Assembly: GCA_037442105.1 (NCBI GenBank)
Contig: JBBIQV010000018.1
Span: 1 to 52,642 of the forward strand
Reading direction: 5' to 3'
DNA length: 52,642 nucleotides
Source of the DNA: Nitrospiraceae bacterium
GTDB taxonomy: Bacteria; Nitrospirota; Nitrospiria; Nitrospirales; Nitrospiraceae
The position numbers were made by a program, and so were the translations under genes. Every line of letters starts with the position of its first letter. The first letter of the stretch is position 1. Below the pieces are notes generated by a model. It was not told the origin of the DNA. It ran no database searches and saw nothing but the letters and a program-made list of their open reading frames with translations. Positions 34,783 through 44,908 of this stretch are shown in pieces.

Positions 34783-35280
34783 GTGGCTGATCAGTTTTCT
34801 TTTGATGTTGTCTCGCAAGTGGATATGCAGGAAATGAAGAACGTTGTGGATCAGACGCTCAAGGAGATCCGGCAGCGGTTCGATTTCAAGGACTCCAAGA
34901 CCGAGCTGACGCTGAAAGAGAAGGAGAAGGAACTGATCGTTGTCTCCGATGATGAGTATAAGCTGAGAGCGGTGCTGGATATCGCGAAGAATAAATGCGT
35001 GAAGCGCAACGTGTCGCTGAAAGCCTTGACGTACGGGAAGGTGGAGGAGGCGCTCGGTGGAACGGTCCGGCAGGTGATCAAAATCCAGAGCGGCATTTCA
35101 GCGGACAAGGCGAAGGAGATCACCAAAGAGGTCCGGGACTCGAAGCTGAAGGTACAGACCCAGATTCAGGGCGAGCAGGTTCGGATCTTGAGCAAGAGCA
35201 AAGACGAGCTCCAGTCGGCGATCGCATTTCTGAAGCAGAGGGACTTTGGGATTGATTTGCAGTTCGTGAACTTCCGGTAG
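34783..35280 (+). CDS. yajQ: YajQ family nucleotide/c-di-GMP-binding protein
   Basis: SFDVVS.VD.QE..N.VDQ..KEI.QRFDFK...QIQGEQVR...K.KDELQ...LQFVNFR; GAGGAGG RBS. Confidence 0.95.
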   Translation: MADQFSFDVVSQVDMQEMKNVVDQTLKEIRQRFDFKDSKTELTLKEKEKELIVVSDDEYKLRAVLDIAKNKCVKRNVSLKALTYGKVEEALGGTVRQVIKIQSGISADKAKEITKEVRDSKLKVQTQIQGEQVRILSKSKDELQSAIAFLKQRDFGIDLQFVNFR

Positions 35281-36387
35281 ATGACCGGGCCTCAGGCGCC
35301 AATGTCCCCCGTCTCTTCGGGCGTTGCCTTCGTGCTTTGTCGCGGTGCGGACAGGCTAATCAGGCCGTTCCTCTCGCTGTGTCTGCTGGCGGTCAGTCTC
35401 GTCGCCGGGACCGGGTGTAACCGCAGCGATCCCATCGTCGTCATTGCCCTCCATCCCACCAATCCGAATATTCTCTACGTGGCGACGAATGACTACATCT
35501 ACAAAACGCGGGATGGGGGCGAAACCTGGCACAACCTCTCGAAGGGCATGAGCCACTCGCGCGTGATTTCGATGGCCATTGATCCGGTTTATCCGGCTAC
35601 GGTGTATGCCGGCACGAAGGGGGATGCGGTCTATAAGAGCTACGACGGTGGGCAGCGGTGGACTTCGCAGCGGACAGGGCTCGACGATGTCACGATCTCG
35701 TCGGTCGTGAATCAGTTTGTGTTTGATCCGGCGGACAACAACCACCTGTTTGTGGCGACAACTATGGGTGTCTTCGAAACGATCAACGGCGCCGAGGCTT
35801 GGACGAAGCGGATGGATGGGATGAAAGAGGTGCTGATGGTGGTGACCCTCTGTCTCGATCCGACACATACAGCCATCATGTATGCCGGGACGAGCGGCGG
35901 GGTTTACAAGTCTGTCGATCATGCCGGGCACTGGGAGAAAGTCAATACCGGCTTAGTGCCGCCCGAGATGGTGAAAAGCTCCAGGGCATTGGGCGTGACG
36001 GCGATTCAGGTGGATGCCCACGAGCCCGACACGGTCTATGCCGCCACGTTGAGCGGTCTGTACAAATCCACCGATGCGGCGAAGTCGTGGAGGCGAATCG
36101 GGCAGTCTCTCCAGGATCAGATGATTATCGCGATGGTGCTGGACCGGGCGCGGCGCGGCGTAATCTATCTAGCCGGCCGGGATGGGATTCATCGCAGTGA
36201 GGATGGCGGTTCAACGTGGAAGGCGCTGAACGCCGGCTTGGCCACGCTCAATGTGCGCTCGTTAGCGCAGAGCTCGATTGATCCGAAACTCTTCTACGCG
36301 GGCACGAACGGGAGCGGGCTGTATCGCAGCATCGATGGGGGAGAAACCTGGGTGGCCTTGCGGCCGGTGAAGCCGGTTGAGCCGTGA
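35281..36387 (+). CDS. BNR/Asp-box repeat beta-propeller lipoprotein
   Basis: Repeated Y(K/R)S.DGG..W boxes; lipobox-like GTGC; start uncertain. Confidence 0.85.
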   Translation: MTGPQAPMSPVSSGVAFVLCRGADRLIRPFLSLCLLAVSLVAGTGCNRSDPIVVIALHPTNPNILYVATNDYIYKTRDGGETWHNLSKGMSHSRVISMAIDPVYPATVYAGTKGDAVYKSYDGGQRWTSQRTGLDDVTISSVVNQFVFDPADNNHLFVATTMGVFETINGAEAWTKRMDGMKEVLMVVTLCLDPTHTAIMYAGTSGGVYKSVDHAGHWEKVNTGLVPPEMVKSSRALGVTAIQVDAHEPDTVYAATLSGLYKSTDAAKSWRRIGQSLQDQMIIAMVLDRARRGVIYLAGRDGIHRSEDGGSTWKALNAGLATLNVRSLAQSSIDPKLFYAGTNGSGLYRSIDGGETWVALRPVKPVEP

Positions 36388-36420
36388 TCAATCTATGAGA
36401 GGGCAAAGAGGTGCCGGTGC

Positions 36421-37455
36421 TCATGGCTGCGCCGTGCCCCGATTTTGAAGAGATGAACCGGTTGTTGAACTGCCGAGTGTGGAGCCCAGCGTCGAATCCT
36501 GCAGACTCGACCCGACCGTTGATGAGCCGAGGCTTGAACCGACGGTCGAGTCACTCAGGCTTGATCCTACGGTTGACTGTTGAAGTGATGATCCGACGCT
36601 CGAAGACTCGCGGTTGAATTCCGATTCTCCAATCGCCGCGCCGGCTCGGCCTGTGCCTCCGACTCCGAACCCCACCGATCCGGTCGCCCCGATCTCCGCG
36701 CCGGTCTTCCCCGCCGCGCCGATATCGCGGCCCGTTGTTCCTCCACCTCCAATGCGCGGACCTGCCGCCGGCGTTTTCCCAATCTCAGCTCCTGTGCCGG
36801 GGGTCATGCCGATGTCGGTCCCGGTTTTCGGACCGGACGGAGTTTTTGTGCCACGGATGTCTCGTTGAATCGTTTCTTCCATTTCTTGGATCGCCAGGGT
36901 TTCTCGCCCCGCCTGTTCGTAGTTCAGCGTGTCGCGCCTGCCTTGAGCGTCCCGCATCTGCTCGTGCTGAATCCGGAGCTTCTTGAGGTTATTTCTCGCC
37001 TGAACGACCGGTGTGATGAGCTGTGAGACCGTCATTCCTCGTTGGTACATGTACCGCTGGACGAACCCCGTCTCTTGCATTGCATTAACGAGGTGAACCG
37101 CTCGCTCTTCAAGTTCATTCAACTGTTCCTCGGTCTCCAACCGACTTGCACAACATTCGACAAATTGGTTGTATGCTCGGAGAAACTGGGAGACCTCGCT
37201 TTGAACGCCATCGAGTTGAATCGCCTCCCTCTGCTTCACGTCGCCATTCTGCCCTTCAGGTTTCTCTTGCTTCTCGACCAACGGCGTGCAGCCTTGGGCC
37301 GGCGTGGCTGAGTATTGCTGGTCTGGAGGACGGCTGGGGCACCAATAGACGGTGCCTAAATCATTGCCATCTGCGCTTGCCGTGACGGGGAAAATTCCTG
37401 TGCCGAGGATGGTGATCATCAATGTCAGGGCGGCTATCGGAGTCCAGGATTTCAT
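36421..37455 (-). CDS. Exported protein with C-terminal Gly- and Ser-rich tandem repeats
   Basis: Signal peptide ending ASA, coiled-coil middle, 10-aa G..IG repeats, then 9-aa STVGSSL repeats. Confidence 0.8.
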   Translation of the reverse strand: MKSWTPIAALTLMITILGTGIFPVTASADGNDLGTVYWCPSRPPDQQYSATPAQGCTPLVEKQEKPEGQNGDVKQREAIQLDGVQSEVSQFLRAYNQFVECCASRLETEEQLNELEERAVHLVNAMQETGFVQRYMYQRGMTVSQLITPVVQARNNLKKLRIQHEQMRDAQGRRDTLNYEQAGRETLAIQEMEETIQRDIRGTKTPSGPKTGTDIGMTPGTGAEIGKTPAAGPRIGGGGTTGRDIGAAGKTGAEIGATGSVGFGVGGTGRAGAAIGESEFNRESSSVGSSLQQSTVGSSLSDSTVGSSLGSSTVGSSLQDSTLGSTLGSSTTGSSLQNRGTAQP

Positions 37456-37689
37456 GCCTTCATTGTTCCCGCTAGCATCCTGAAATGTCAACCGAACGGC
37501 TTTTTCCAGCAGCCTGCGGTTGCGCCGCACCAAAGGCGATCTGCGAGCTCAGGGAAAACTTTCTCACCTTACAGCGGCGTGGTGGGTTCGTTGAGAGCTT
37601 CAGAATGGCTAATCAAGTGGGAAAATTCTATTTCTGAAGGCGCAGGAGACGTTGACGAGCAATCAAGTCCTAAGTCCATGAAATTTTTA

Positions 37690-37763
37690 TTGACAACTTA
37701 TTAATGGCGAGTATACTGCGCCGCGAAGTGGGTAGAAGTGGGAGAAGATGGAGCTAGAGTGGA
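37690..37763 (+). promoter_or_regulatory. dcw promoter with MraZ-box-like direct repeats
   Basis: TTGACA-N16-TATACT (37690-37717); GAAGTGGG repeated with 10-bp period (GTGGG at 37728 and 37738) plus degenerate ATGGA and GTGGA. Confidence 0.75.
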
Positions 37764-38679
37764 TCGAAAAATATCCGGCCACATGCCAGTCATGGCTGGC
37801 GAAATTGTTTCGTGGTTCTTATGCCGACCGGGGGGGGTGTACGTAGATTGCACGGTTGGGTATGGAGGACTTGGTCTCGAGATAATAGCCCGCAGTGAGC
37901 CGGGAGGTGTCTTTATTGGAATTGACCAAGATGCAGAGGCGGTCCATGCGGCGCGCGAGCGGCTCGCTGGTTTCCAATGCGAGGTCCACGTGATCAAGGG
38001 TAATTTCCGTGAATTGCAAAATCATGTTCGCGGTCTTGGTATCGAGAAGGTAGACGGAGTCGTCTTCGATCTCGGGGTGTCGTCGCCTCAGTTTGACCGG
38101 CCTGAGAGGGGCTTTAGTTTCACGGCGAGCGGGCCTTTAGATATGCGAATGGATCAAAGCGCAAAGCTGTGCGCGGCGGACCTTGTCAATGGTCTTTCAG
38201 AGGCTGAGCTGGCGGACTTGATCCATAGATACGGAGAGGAGCGTTACTCTCGCCGGATCGCACGTGCCATAGTGCGTGCCCGGCAGATTTCTCCACTGCG
38301 CACCACGCGCGATCTGGTCTCGGCTATCGAGCGGGCTGTTCCTGCGGTTTACCGACACGGGAGGATTCACTGTGCCACGAGGACCTTTCAGGCCTTGCGA
38401 ATTGCCGTGAATCAGGAGTTGGATGCATTGGAGCCGGCGCTTCGGCAAGCCGCGAATCTGCTTAGGCCGGGTGGGCGTATGTGCGTTCTTTCGTTTCATT
38501 CTCTGGAAGACAGGATCGTGAAGCATACATTCCGTGCATTGTCTAAGGAGCCGGGGGCGACACTGTCGGTCTTGACGAAGAGACCGCAAGTACCTTCGGA
38601 AGAGGAGTGCCGCCGAAATCCGCGGGCACGCAGTGCAAAGTTGCGGGTGGCCGAGCGTCTAGGGGGGATCGCACCATGA
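37759..38679 (+). CDS. rsmH: 16S rRNA m4C1402 methyltransferase
   Basis: HMPVM, DCTVGYGG, DLGVSSPQFD..ERGFSF, PLDMRMD, ATRTFQALRIAVN, SFHSLEDRIVK, NPRARSAKLR. Confidence 0.97.
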   Translation: MDRKISGHMPVMAGEIVSWFLCRPGGVYVDCTVGYGGLGLEIIARSEPGGVFIGIDQDAEAVHAARERLAGFQCEVHVIKGNFRELQNHVRGLGIEKVDGVVFDLGVSSPQFDRPERGFSFTASGPLDMRMDQSAKLCAADLVNGLSEAELADLIHRYGEERYSRRIARAIVRARQISPLRTTRDLVSAIERAVPAVYRHGRIHCATRTFQALRIAVNQELDALEPALRQAANLLRPGGRMCVLSFHSLEDRIVKHTFRALSKEPGATLSVLTKRPQVPSEEECRRNPRARSAKLRVAERLGGIAP

Positions 38680-39011
38680 GATTAGCGGCCGTGCTGATCG
38701 GGCTCTCGTTAGTGCTCGCATTTGTGTGGGAGCGCGTTGACGTGGTGCGTGTCGGGTATCAGGTCGAACGGCTGAAGGCGCAAAAAATATCACTCGAGCG
38801 TGAGCGAGACGAGTTGCAAGTGAAATTGTCGGCGCTCACGTCGCCCGAACGAATCGCCAAGGTGGCGACGGAAAAGTTGGGCATGATTCCTCCCGAGCGG
38901 GGGCAGATTGTTCTGGTCCATCGGGAATCTGAGGGACCGGCACGAACGGTTCCTGAAGGTGCGGAGCTGAAGCTTGCTAAAAACATGATCAAGTTGGGGG
39001 GGCGCGAGTAA
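38676..39011 (+). CDS. ftsL: Cell division protein FtsL
   Basis: TM plus leucine zipper, LTSPERIAKVA..KLGM..P; sits between rsmH and ftsI. Confidence 0.88.
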   Translation: MRLAAVLIGLSLVLAFVWERVDVVRVGYQVERLKAQKISLERERDELQVKLSALTSPERIAKVATEKLGMIPPERGQIVLVHRESEGPARTVPEGAELKLAKNMIKLGGRE

Positions 39012-40723
39012 TGCGGTTTCCCTATCGAGGGCGTCGCATTGTCATGGGCTTCGTCCTCGCACTCGGTTTCAGCGCGGTGTTGGTGAGGTTGTTCAATCTT
39101 CACGTCCTTCAGGCCGCCGAGCTGACAGTGAAGGCTGACCGCCAGCATCAGAAGACTGTGGCGATCGAGGGAGCCAGGGGCACGATCTACGATCGACACG
39201 GCAAGGTGCTCGCCATCAATATGGAGGTGCCGTCGGTCTTCGGAGTTCCCACATCTTTAGACAATCCCGCCCGTGCGGCACGGTATCTCTCGCCGGTGTT
39301 GCAGGTACGGGCCGACGAGATTGAAAGGAAATTGAGGCAGGACCGCAGTTTCGTCTGGTTGGCGCGCAAGGTCGATCCGGAACAGGGGCGACGGCTCGAT
39401 CACATGCCTCTGGAGGGCATCGGTATGGTGATGGAAGGACGGCGCTTCTATCCCAAGGGGCCGCTGCTGTCGCATGTGTTAGGGTTTGCCGGGATCGATG
39501 GGCAGGGACTGGAAGGCATCGAGCGTCGCTACGAAGCTTCTCTTCATGGAGAGAAGCAGGTCGTCGTATTGCAGCGTGACGCCCTCGGCAGAACGGTGTT
39601 CCCCAAAGGCCTCAGAGAGCAGACTCCGGCACCAGGGCATAGTCTGACTCTGACCATTGACGAAGTTATTCAGTATGTCGCGGAAAAAGAATTAGAGGAC
39701 GCGGTCAATCGTGCCCATGCAAAAGCTGGGACGATCATCGTCATGGATCCGCAGACGGGAGCCATCTTGGCGATGGCGGTAAGCCCCCGCTTTGATCCGA
39801 ATGCTGTCGGCGCCCTAACTCCAGACCGTTGGCGGAATCGCGCATTGACGGATGCCTACGAACCCGGATCGACAATGAAAGTGATTGTCGCGGCAGCGGC
39901 TCTGGAAGAAAAGATTATGACTCCAGGAAGCACGGTTTTCGGTGAAAACGGTCAGATGCGGGTCGCTAACACAGTGATCCATGACCATGAGCGTGCCGGC
40001 TGGATGACCTTTGCGCAGGTGATTCAGAAATCCAGCAACATTGGCGCTGCCAAAACTGGAATGGCACTGGGAGAGGAGAGGTTCTACCGGTACCTGCAAG
40101 CGTTCGGCTTTGGACAACGGACGGAAATCGATCTCCCGGGGGAGGTCGCCGGGCTGCTCAAGCATCCACGTGAATGGGGGCGGCGTTCCGTTGCATCGAT
40201 TGCGATGGGACAAGAAATCGGGGTCACGCCGTTGCAAATGGTGGTGGCGGTGTCCGCCATCGCCAACGGCGGGGTCCTACTCAGGCCATACGTGGCGGTT
40301 GAGGTCCGCGATGCGAAGGGACAGCTCGTTGCAGAGACGTCGTCGCAGGTGCGCCGCAGGGTGATCTCGCCGGAAACCGCGCGGACGCTCACAGGAATTC
40401 TGGAAGGGGTCGTCACGCACGGTACCGGCACGCGTGCGGCTATTCATGGGTATCGCGTGGCGGGGAAGACCGGCACCGCGCAAAAGATTGATCCTAGAAC
40501 GGGGACTTACTCGCCCACGCAATTCGTCGGCTCCTTCGTCGGGTTTGTGCCAGCGCATAATCCGCGGCTCGCGATGATTGTGGTCATTGACGAACCCCAG
40601 GGAGAAGCCTGGGGCGGGACGATTGCGGCGCCAGTCTTTCGGAAAGTCGGAGAGCAGGTCTTGCCGTATCTCGGCATCTCGTCCGAGGAGCCGGTCAGCC
40701 TCGCGCTGGCGGCCAAACTGTGA
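39011..40723 (+). CDS. ftsI: Penicillin-binding protein 3 (septal transpeptidase)
   Basis: RGTIYDR, EPGSTMK, SSN, KTGTAQK. Confidence 0.95.
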   Translation: MRFPYRGRRIVMGFVLALGFSAVLVRLFNLHVLQAAELTVKADRQHQKTVAIEGARGTIYDRHGKVLAINMEVPSVFGVPTSLDNPARAARYLSPVLQVRADEIERKLRQDRSFVWLARKVDPEQGRRLDHMPLEGIGMVMEGRRFYPKGPLLSHVLGFAGIDGQGLEGIERRYEASLHGEKQVVVLQRDALGRTVFPKGLREQTPAPGHSLTLTIDEVIQYVAEKELEDAVNRAHAKAGTIIVMDPQTGAILAMAVSPRFDPNAVGALTPDRWRNRALTDAYEPGSTMKVIVAAAALEEKIMTPGSTVFGENGQMRVANTVIHDHERAGWMTFAQVIQKSSNIGAAKTGMALGEERFYRYLQAFGFGQRTEIDLPGEVAGLLKHPREWGRRSVASIAMGQEIGVTPLQMVVAVSAIANGGVLLRPYVAVEVRDAKGQLVAETSSQVRRRVISPETARTLTGILEGVVTHGTGTRAAIHGYRVAGKTGTAQKIDPRTGTYSPTQFVGSFVGFVPAHNPRLAMIVVIDEPQGEAWGGTIAAPVFRKVGEQVLPYLGISSEEPVSLALAAKL

Positions 40724-40748
40724 CGCTCTCGGGATATTGTTGCGCTGT

Positions 40749-42254
40749 ATGACGTTGGCCGAACTGATTGAGGCACCGGACGAGCAACTTTCCGTGATCG
40801 AGCGTTGCGGCGATCTTGGTGTCACGATTACCGATGTGACGGATGATTCGCGTCAGGTCGGGCCGGGAAGCCTGTTCGTAGCGGTCAAAGGGGAACGGGT
40901 TGATGGACATGACTACGTGCAGGCTGCGCTTAGAGCAGGAGCGAGCGCAGTGGTGATCCAGGATGCAGTATCGACCGGGCCCACTCCACTGGTCCGCGTG
41001 GCTGACTCGCGACGGGCGCTAGGAGTGTTGGGAAGTCTCTTTCATCACAGCCCGTCCTCGCGTCTCCGCATGGTGGGGGTGACCGGCACAAATGGGAAGA
41101 CGACTACGACCTATGTGTGTAAGGCCTTGTTGGAGGCGGTCGGGAAACGAGTCGGGCTGATCGGAACCGTTGCTTACCAGATCGGGGCGCGCACGATCCC
41201 AGCTTCTCACACAACGCCGGGCGCGATCGATCTCCAACAGTTACTGTCTCAGATGGTGGGGGCCGGTCTCGATGCGGCGGTGATGGAAGTGTCCTCACAC
41301 GCAATGGCGCTCGACCGCACGACCGGATGTGAATTCGACGTGGCCGTCTTCACCAATCTTACGCAGGATCATCTCGACTTCCACAAGGACATGGAAGACT
41401 ATTTCCAAGCCAAATTGCGGCTGTTCACCGGGTTGACCGCGGCCGGCAAGAAGAAACAGAAGCGCGCCATCGTCAATCTGGACGATCCGCGAGGAGCCAA
41501 AGTCGTAGACGCCTGCTCCGTACCGGTGTGGACCTATGCGTTGCGCGGCCAGGCGGATCTGAAGGCAGAGCACGTGCAGTTGTCGCTGGCGGGGACGACC
41601 TTCACAGCCGTCACACCTGCAGGGCAGTGTGTGATAGAAAGCCGGCTGGTAGGAGAGCACAATGTCTATAACTTGCTGGCTGCAATGGGTGTCGCGTTGC
41701 ATGAAGGGGTGCCCCTCGATCAGATCCGGGCCGGGATCACTCAAGTGCGGAATGTCCCCGGCCGCTTTGAGCGAGTGGAGGCGGGACAGGAATTCACCGT
41801 CATCGTAGACTATGCGCATACCGAGGACGCGCTTGTCCGACTCTTGACCGCTGCTCAGACTTTGAAGACAGGCCGGATCATTACTGTGTTCGGCTGCGGG
41901 GGGGACCGGGATCGGGGGAAGCGACCTAAAATGGGACGTGCCGCCGTGCAGTATAGTGATGTGGTCGTGCTGACATCGGACAATCCGCGGACGGAGGAGC
42001 CTCTGGCCATCCTTCGAGAGGTGGAAGTGGGGGTTCGTGAGGCTCTGGGACAGAAACCGTCCGTACAGTACCGCATGATTGCCGACCGGCGCCAGGCGAT
42101 TGAGGCGGCGGTACGCGAAGCCAGGCCCGGCGACATGATTCTCATTGCGGGCAAAGGGCATGAAGATTATCAGATCATCGGCACGACGAAGCACCACTTC
42201 GACGATCGGGAAGTCGCGCAGGCGGCCATTCAGCAGATGAGAGGGCAGAGGTAG
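40749..42254 (+). CDS. murE: UDP-MurNAc-dipeptide:meso-DAP ligase
   Basis: GVTGTNGKTT, MEVSSH, DYAH, DNPR, AGKGHE. Confidence 0.97.
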   Translation: MTLAELIEAPDEQLSVIERCGDLGVTITDVTDDSRQVGPGSLFVAVKGERVDGHDYVQAALRAGASAVVIQDAVSTGPTPLVRVADSRRALGVLGSLFHHSPSSRLRMVGVTGTNGKTTTTYVCKALLEAVGKRVGLIGTVAYQIGARTIPASHTTPGAIDLQQLLSQMVGAGLDAAVMEVSSHAMALDRTTGCEFDVAVFTNLTQDHLDFHKDMEDYFQAKLRLFTGLTAAGKKKQKRAIVNLDDPRGAKVVDACSVPVWTYALRGQADLKAEHVQLSLAGTTFTAVTPAGQCVIESRLVGEHNVYNLLAAMGVALHEGVPLDQIRAGITQVRNVPGRFERVEAGQEFTVIVDYAHTEDALVRLLTAAQTLKTGRIITVFGCGGDRDRGKRPKMGRAAVQYSDVVVLTSDNPRTEEPLAILREVEVGVREALGQKPSVQYRMIADRRQAIEAAVREARPGDMILIAGKGHEDYQIIGTTKHHFDDREVAQAAIQQMRGQR

Positions 42255-42296
42255 AGACGAAGCGTGGGCATAGTAGCGTTAAGCACGGGACACCTG

Positions 42297-43754
42297 ATGG
42301 CGTTGTTCACCGTCGAAGAAATGCTGGAAGTGATCAGCGCCACGGTGTTGGCCGGGCGCACGCCGACCTGGCTGAAGAAGCGCATCAAGAGGGTCTGCAC
42401 GGATTCACGGGTCGTTCGTCCTGGCGATCTTTTTGTTGCCTTGCAGGGTGACCGGTTTGACGGCCATGACTACGTGGCGGCGGCGCTCTCGCGCGGGGCG
42501 GTGGGCGCGCTCGTCCGCGACCGGTTTCAGCTCCCTCACGCCAAGCCCGCGGGGCCGCGCAGCTCACGCAAAAGCGCGGAGGCCTTTCTTCTCGGTGTCC
42601 AAGATACCTTGCTCGCCTATCAGCAATTGGCGTCGCACCATCGGAGTCGGTTCGACATTCCGGTGGTTGCTGTCACCGGCAGCAATGGGAAGACGACGAC
42701 CAAAGAAATGGTGGCGTCCGTGTTGGAGCATCGCTGGACCGTGCTCAAGACCGAGGGGAACCTCAATAACAGGATCGGCGTGCCACAGACCCTCTTCAAC
42801 TTGACCTCGCGCCATGAGGCTGCCGTCATCGAGATGGGCGTGGACAACTTGGGCCAAACGACGCGTCTCTGTGAGATTGCGCGGCCGACGATCGGCATTA
42901 TCACGAACATCGGGCCGGATCATCTGGAGTTCTTCGGAAGCATGGAAGCGTCGGCGCAGGCCAAGGGAGAAATGCTCGATCTGATGCCCGCGGATGGAGT
43001 TGCGGTTCTGAACGCTGACGATCGCTACTTCGACTATCTCGCTGCTCGAGCACGTTGCCGTGTCGTGTCATTCGGGCTGTCGCCCAACGCCGATGTCTGC
43101 GCCGTCAACCTGCGTCGGGAGGATCGGCAAGGGGCCACATTCGGATTGGCACTGCCCGGAAGGGCCAAGCCTACAACGGTCCGTCTGAAGGTACATGGAA
43201 ATCATAACATCACCAACGCACTTGCGGCGGCCGCGGTCGGCTCGGTGATGGGTCTGAGTGGTGTAGGGATTGCCGAGGGGTTGGCGCGCTTCCGGCCCGC
43301 GTCGATGCGTTCCCAAGTGACCGTATGGCGGGGGATTCGCCTCATCAACGATTGCTACAATGCCAATCCGGCATCGATGAAGGCCGCGATTCAGTTGCTC
43401 AAGCAACTCGGTGGATCCAACCGAACGATTGCCGTGTTGGGGGACATGCTGGAGCTCGGCCCCGAGGCGCAGAACATGCATAACGAGGTTGGAGCATACC
43501 TCGTTATGCAGGGCATCACGTACCTCGTCGCGGTGGGGGACTTAGGCCGGCACATCGGAGAAGGTGCGCGACGGGCAGGCATGGCTGCTGGTCAGATCAT
43601 CGATGTGCCCGATGCGGCCGCGGCGGGCCAGGTGCTGAAGACACTGACACAAAAGGGCGATGTGATCCTGGTGAAGGGGTCGCGCGGCATGAGGATGGAG
43701 CAAGTCGTGGAGGCGCTGACGGGAACCAAGCGAGTTGCGAGCAAAGCCTCCTGA
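42297..43754 (+). CDS. murF: UDP-MurNAc-tripeptide:D-Ala-D-Ala ligase
   Basis: TGSNGKTTTKE, NLNNRIGVP, NDCYNANP.SM, LGDMLELG, VKGSRG. Confidence 0.97.
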   Translation: MALFTVEEMLEVISATVLAGRTPTWLKKRIKRVCTDSRVVRPGDLFVALQGDRFDGHDYVAAALSRGAVGALVRDRFQLPHAKPAGPRSSRKSAEAFLLGVQDTLLAYQQLASHHRSRFDIPVVAVTGSNGKTTTKEMVASVLEHRWTVLKTEGNLNNRIGVPQTLFNLTSRHEAAVIEMGVDNLGQTTRLCEIARPTIGIITNIGPDHLEFFGSMEASAQAKGEMLDLMPADGVAVLNADDRYFDYLAARARCRVVSFGLSPNADVCAVNLRREDRQGATFGLALPGRAKPTTVRLKVHGNHNITNALAAAAVGSVMGLSGVGIAEGLARFRPASMRSQVTVWRGIRLINDCYNANPASMKAAIQLLKQLGGSNRTIAVLGDMLELGPEAQNMHNEVGAYLVMQGITYLVAVGDLGRHIGEGARRAGMAAGQIIDVPDAAAAGQVLKTLTQKGDVILVKGSRGMRMEQVVEALTGTKRVASKAS

Positions 43755-43827
43755 CGGGAGCATGACGAACAACCGGGGCGGTCTGATCGGCTAGCTCCCT
43801 TACCTGCAAAAGCAAAGCGGACTCGGA

Positions 43828-44904
43828 ATGCTCTATAACTGGCTGTACCCACTCCACACAGAATTCTCGTTCCTCAATGTCTTCCGCTATCTCAGTTTCC
43901 GCATCATCTATGCCGCGGTGACGGCGTTTCTCATCGCGTTCGTCCTCGCGCCGTGGCTGATCCGGAAACTGCAAGAAATCAAACTCGGTCAGCAGGTCCG
44001 TGATGATGGCCCCAAGCGGCATCTGGCCAAGAGCGGCACCCCAACCATGGGGGGGATCCTAATCTTGTTCGCCGTTCTGCTCTCGACGTTGCTCTGGGCC
44101 GATATCACCAACCGGTACGTTTGGCTGGTGATATCGGCGACGGTCGGCTTTGGCGCGATCGGCTTCGCCGATGACTACTTGAAGTTCGTCAAGGCGCAAT
44201 CGAAGGGCCTCTCGGCGTCCAAAAAGTTTGTGGCACAAATCGCCGTGGCGCTCGCGATCAGCCTGTTTCTCTATCTGATGCCGCATTACAGCACCAAGCT
44301 CAGCGTTCCTTTCTTCAAGTATTTTACGCCGGACCTGGGCTGGTTTTATGTGATCTTTGCGGTGCTGGTGATCGTCGGGAGTTCCAACGCGGTGAACCTG
44401 ACCGACGGGTTGGATGGGTTGGCTATCGGGCCGGTCATGATCGCTTCGCTGGCATATACGATCGTGGCCTATGTGACGGGCAATCGAATCATGGCCGAGT
44501 ACCTTTTGATTCCGTACATCGAAGGGTCGGGCGAGATCGCCGTGTTCACGGGAGCCATCCTGGGATCGAGTCTCGGATTTCTCTGGTTCAATACGTACCC
44601 CGCATCGGTGTTTATGGGGGATGTGGGCTCGCTTCCGCTGGGCGCGGCCTTGGGCACCGTGGCGGTCATCAGCAAGAACGAATTATTGCTCCTGCTTGTG
44701 GGTGGCGTCTTTGTCATAGAAGCGGTCTCGGTGATCTTTCAGGTCCTGTCGTTCAAGTCGCGAGGGAAACGCATTTTCCTCATGGCTCCGATTCACCATC
44801 ACTTCGAGATGAAAGGATGGGAAGAACCGAAAGTGGTCGTGCGTCTCTGGATTATCGCGATTCTCCTCGCGCTCTTGAGCTTGAGCACGTTGAAGCTACG
44901 GTGA
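43828..44904 (+). CDS. mraY: Phospho-MurNAc-pentapeptide transferase
   Basis: [37 protein letters not shown]. Confidence 0.98.
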   Translation: MLYNWLYPLHTEFSFLNVFRYLSFRIIYAAVTAFLIAFVLAPWLIRKLQEIKLGQQVRDDGPKRHLAKSGTPTMGGILILFAVLLSTLLWADITNRYVWLVISATVGFGAIGFADDYLKFVKAQSKGLSASKKFVAQIAVALAISLFLYLMPHYSTKLSVPFFKYFTPDLGWFYVIFAVLVIVGSSNAVNLTDGLDGLAIGPVMIASLAYTIVAYVTGNRIMAEYLLIPYIEGSGEIAVFTGAILGSSLGFLWFNTYPASVFMGDVGSLPLGAALGTVAVISKNELLLLLVGGVFVIEAVSVIFQVLSFKSRGKRIFLMAPIHHHFEMKGWEEPKVVVRLWIIAILLALLSLSTLKLR

Positions 44905-44908
44905 TGGC

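Noticed and set aside
34768..34785. Selenocysteine or readthrough at the cstA TGA, which is in frame with yajQ
   Set aside because: The following bases are the yajQ RBS (GAGGAGG), no SECIS-like hairpin is evident, and frame coincidence has a one-in-three chance.
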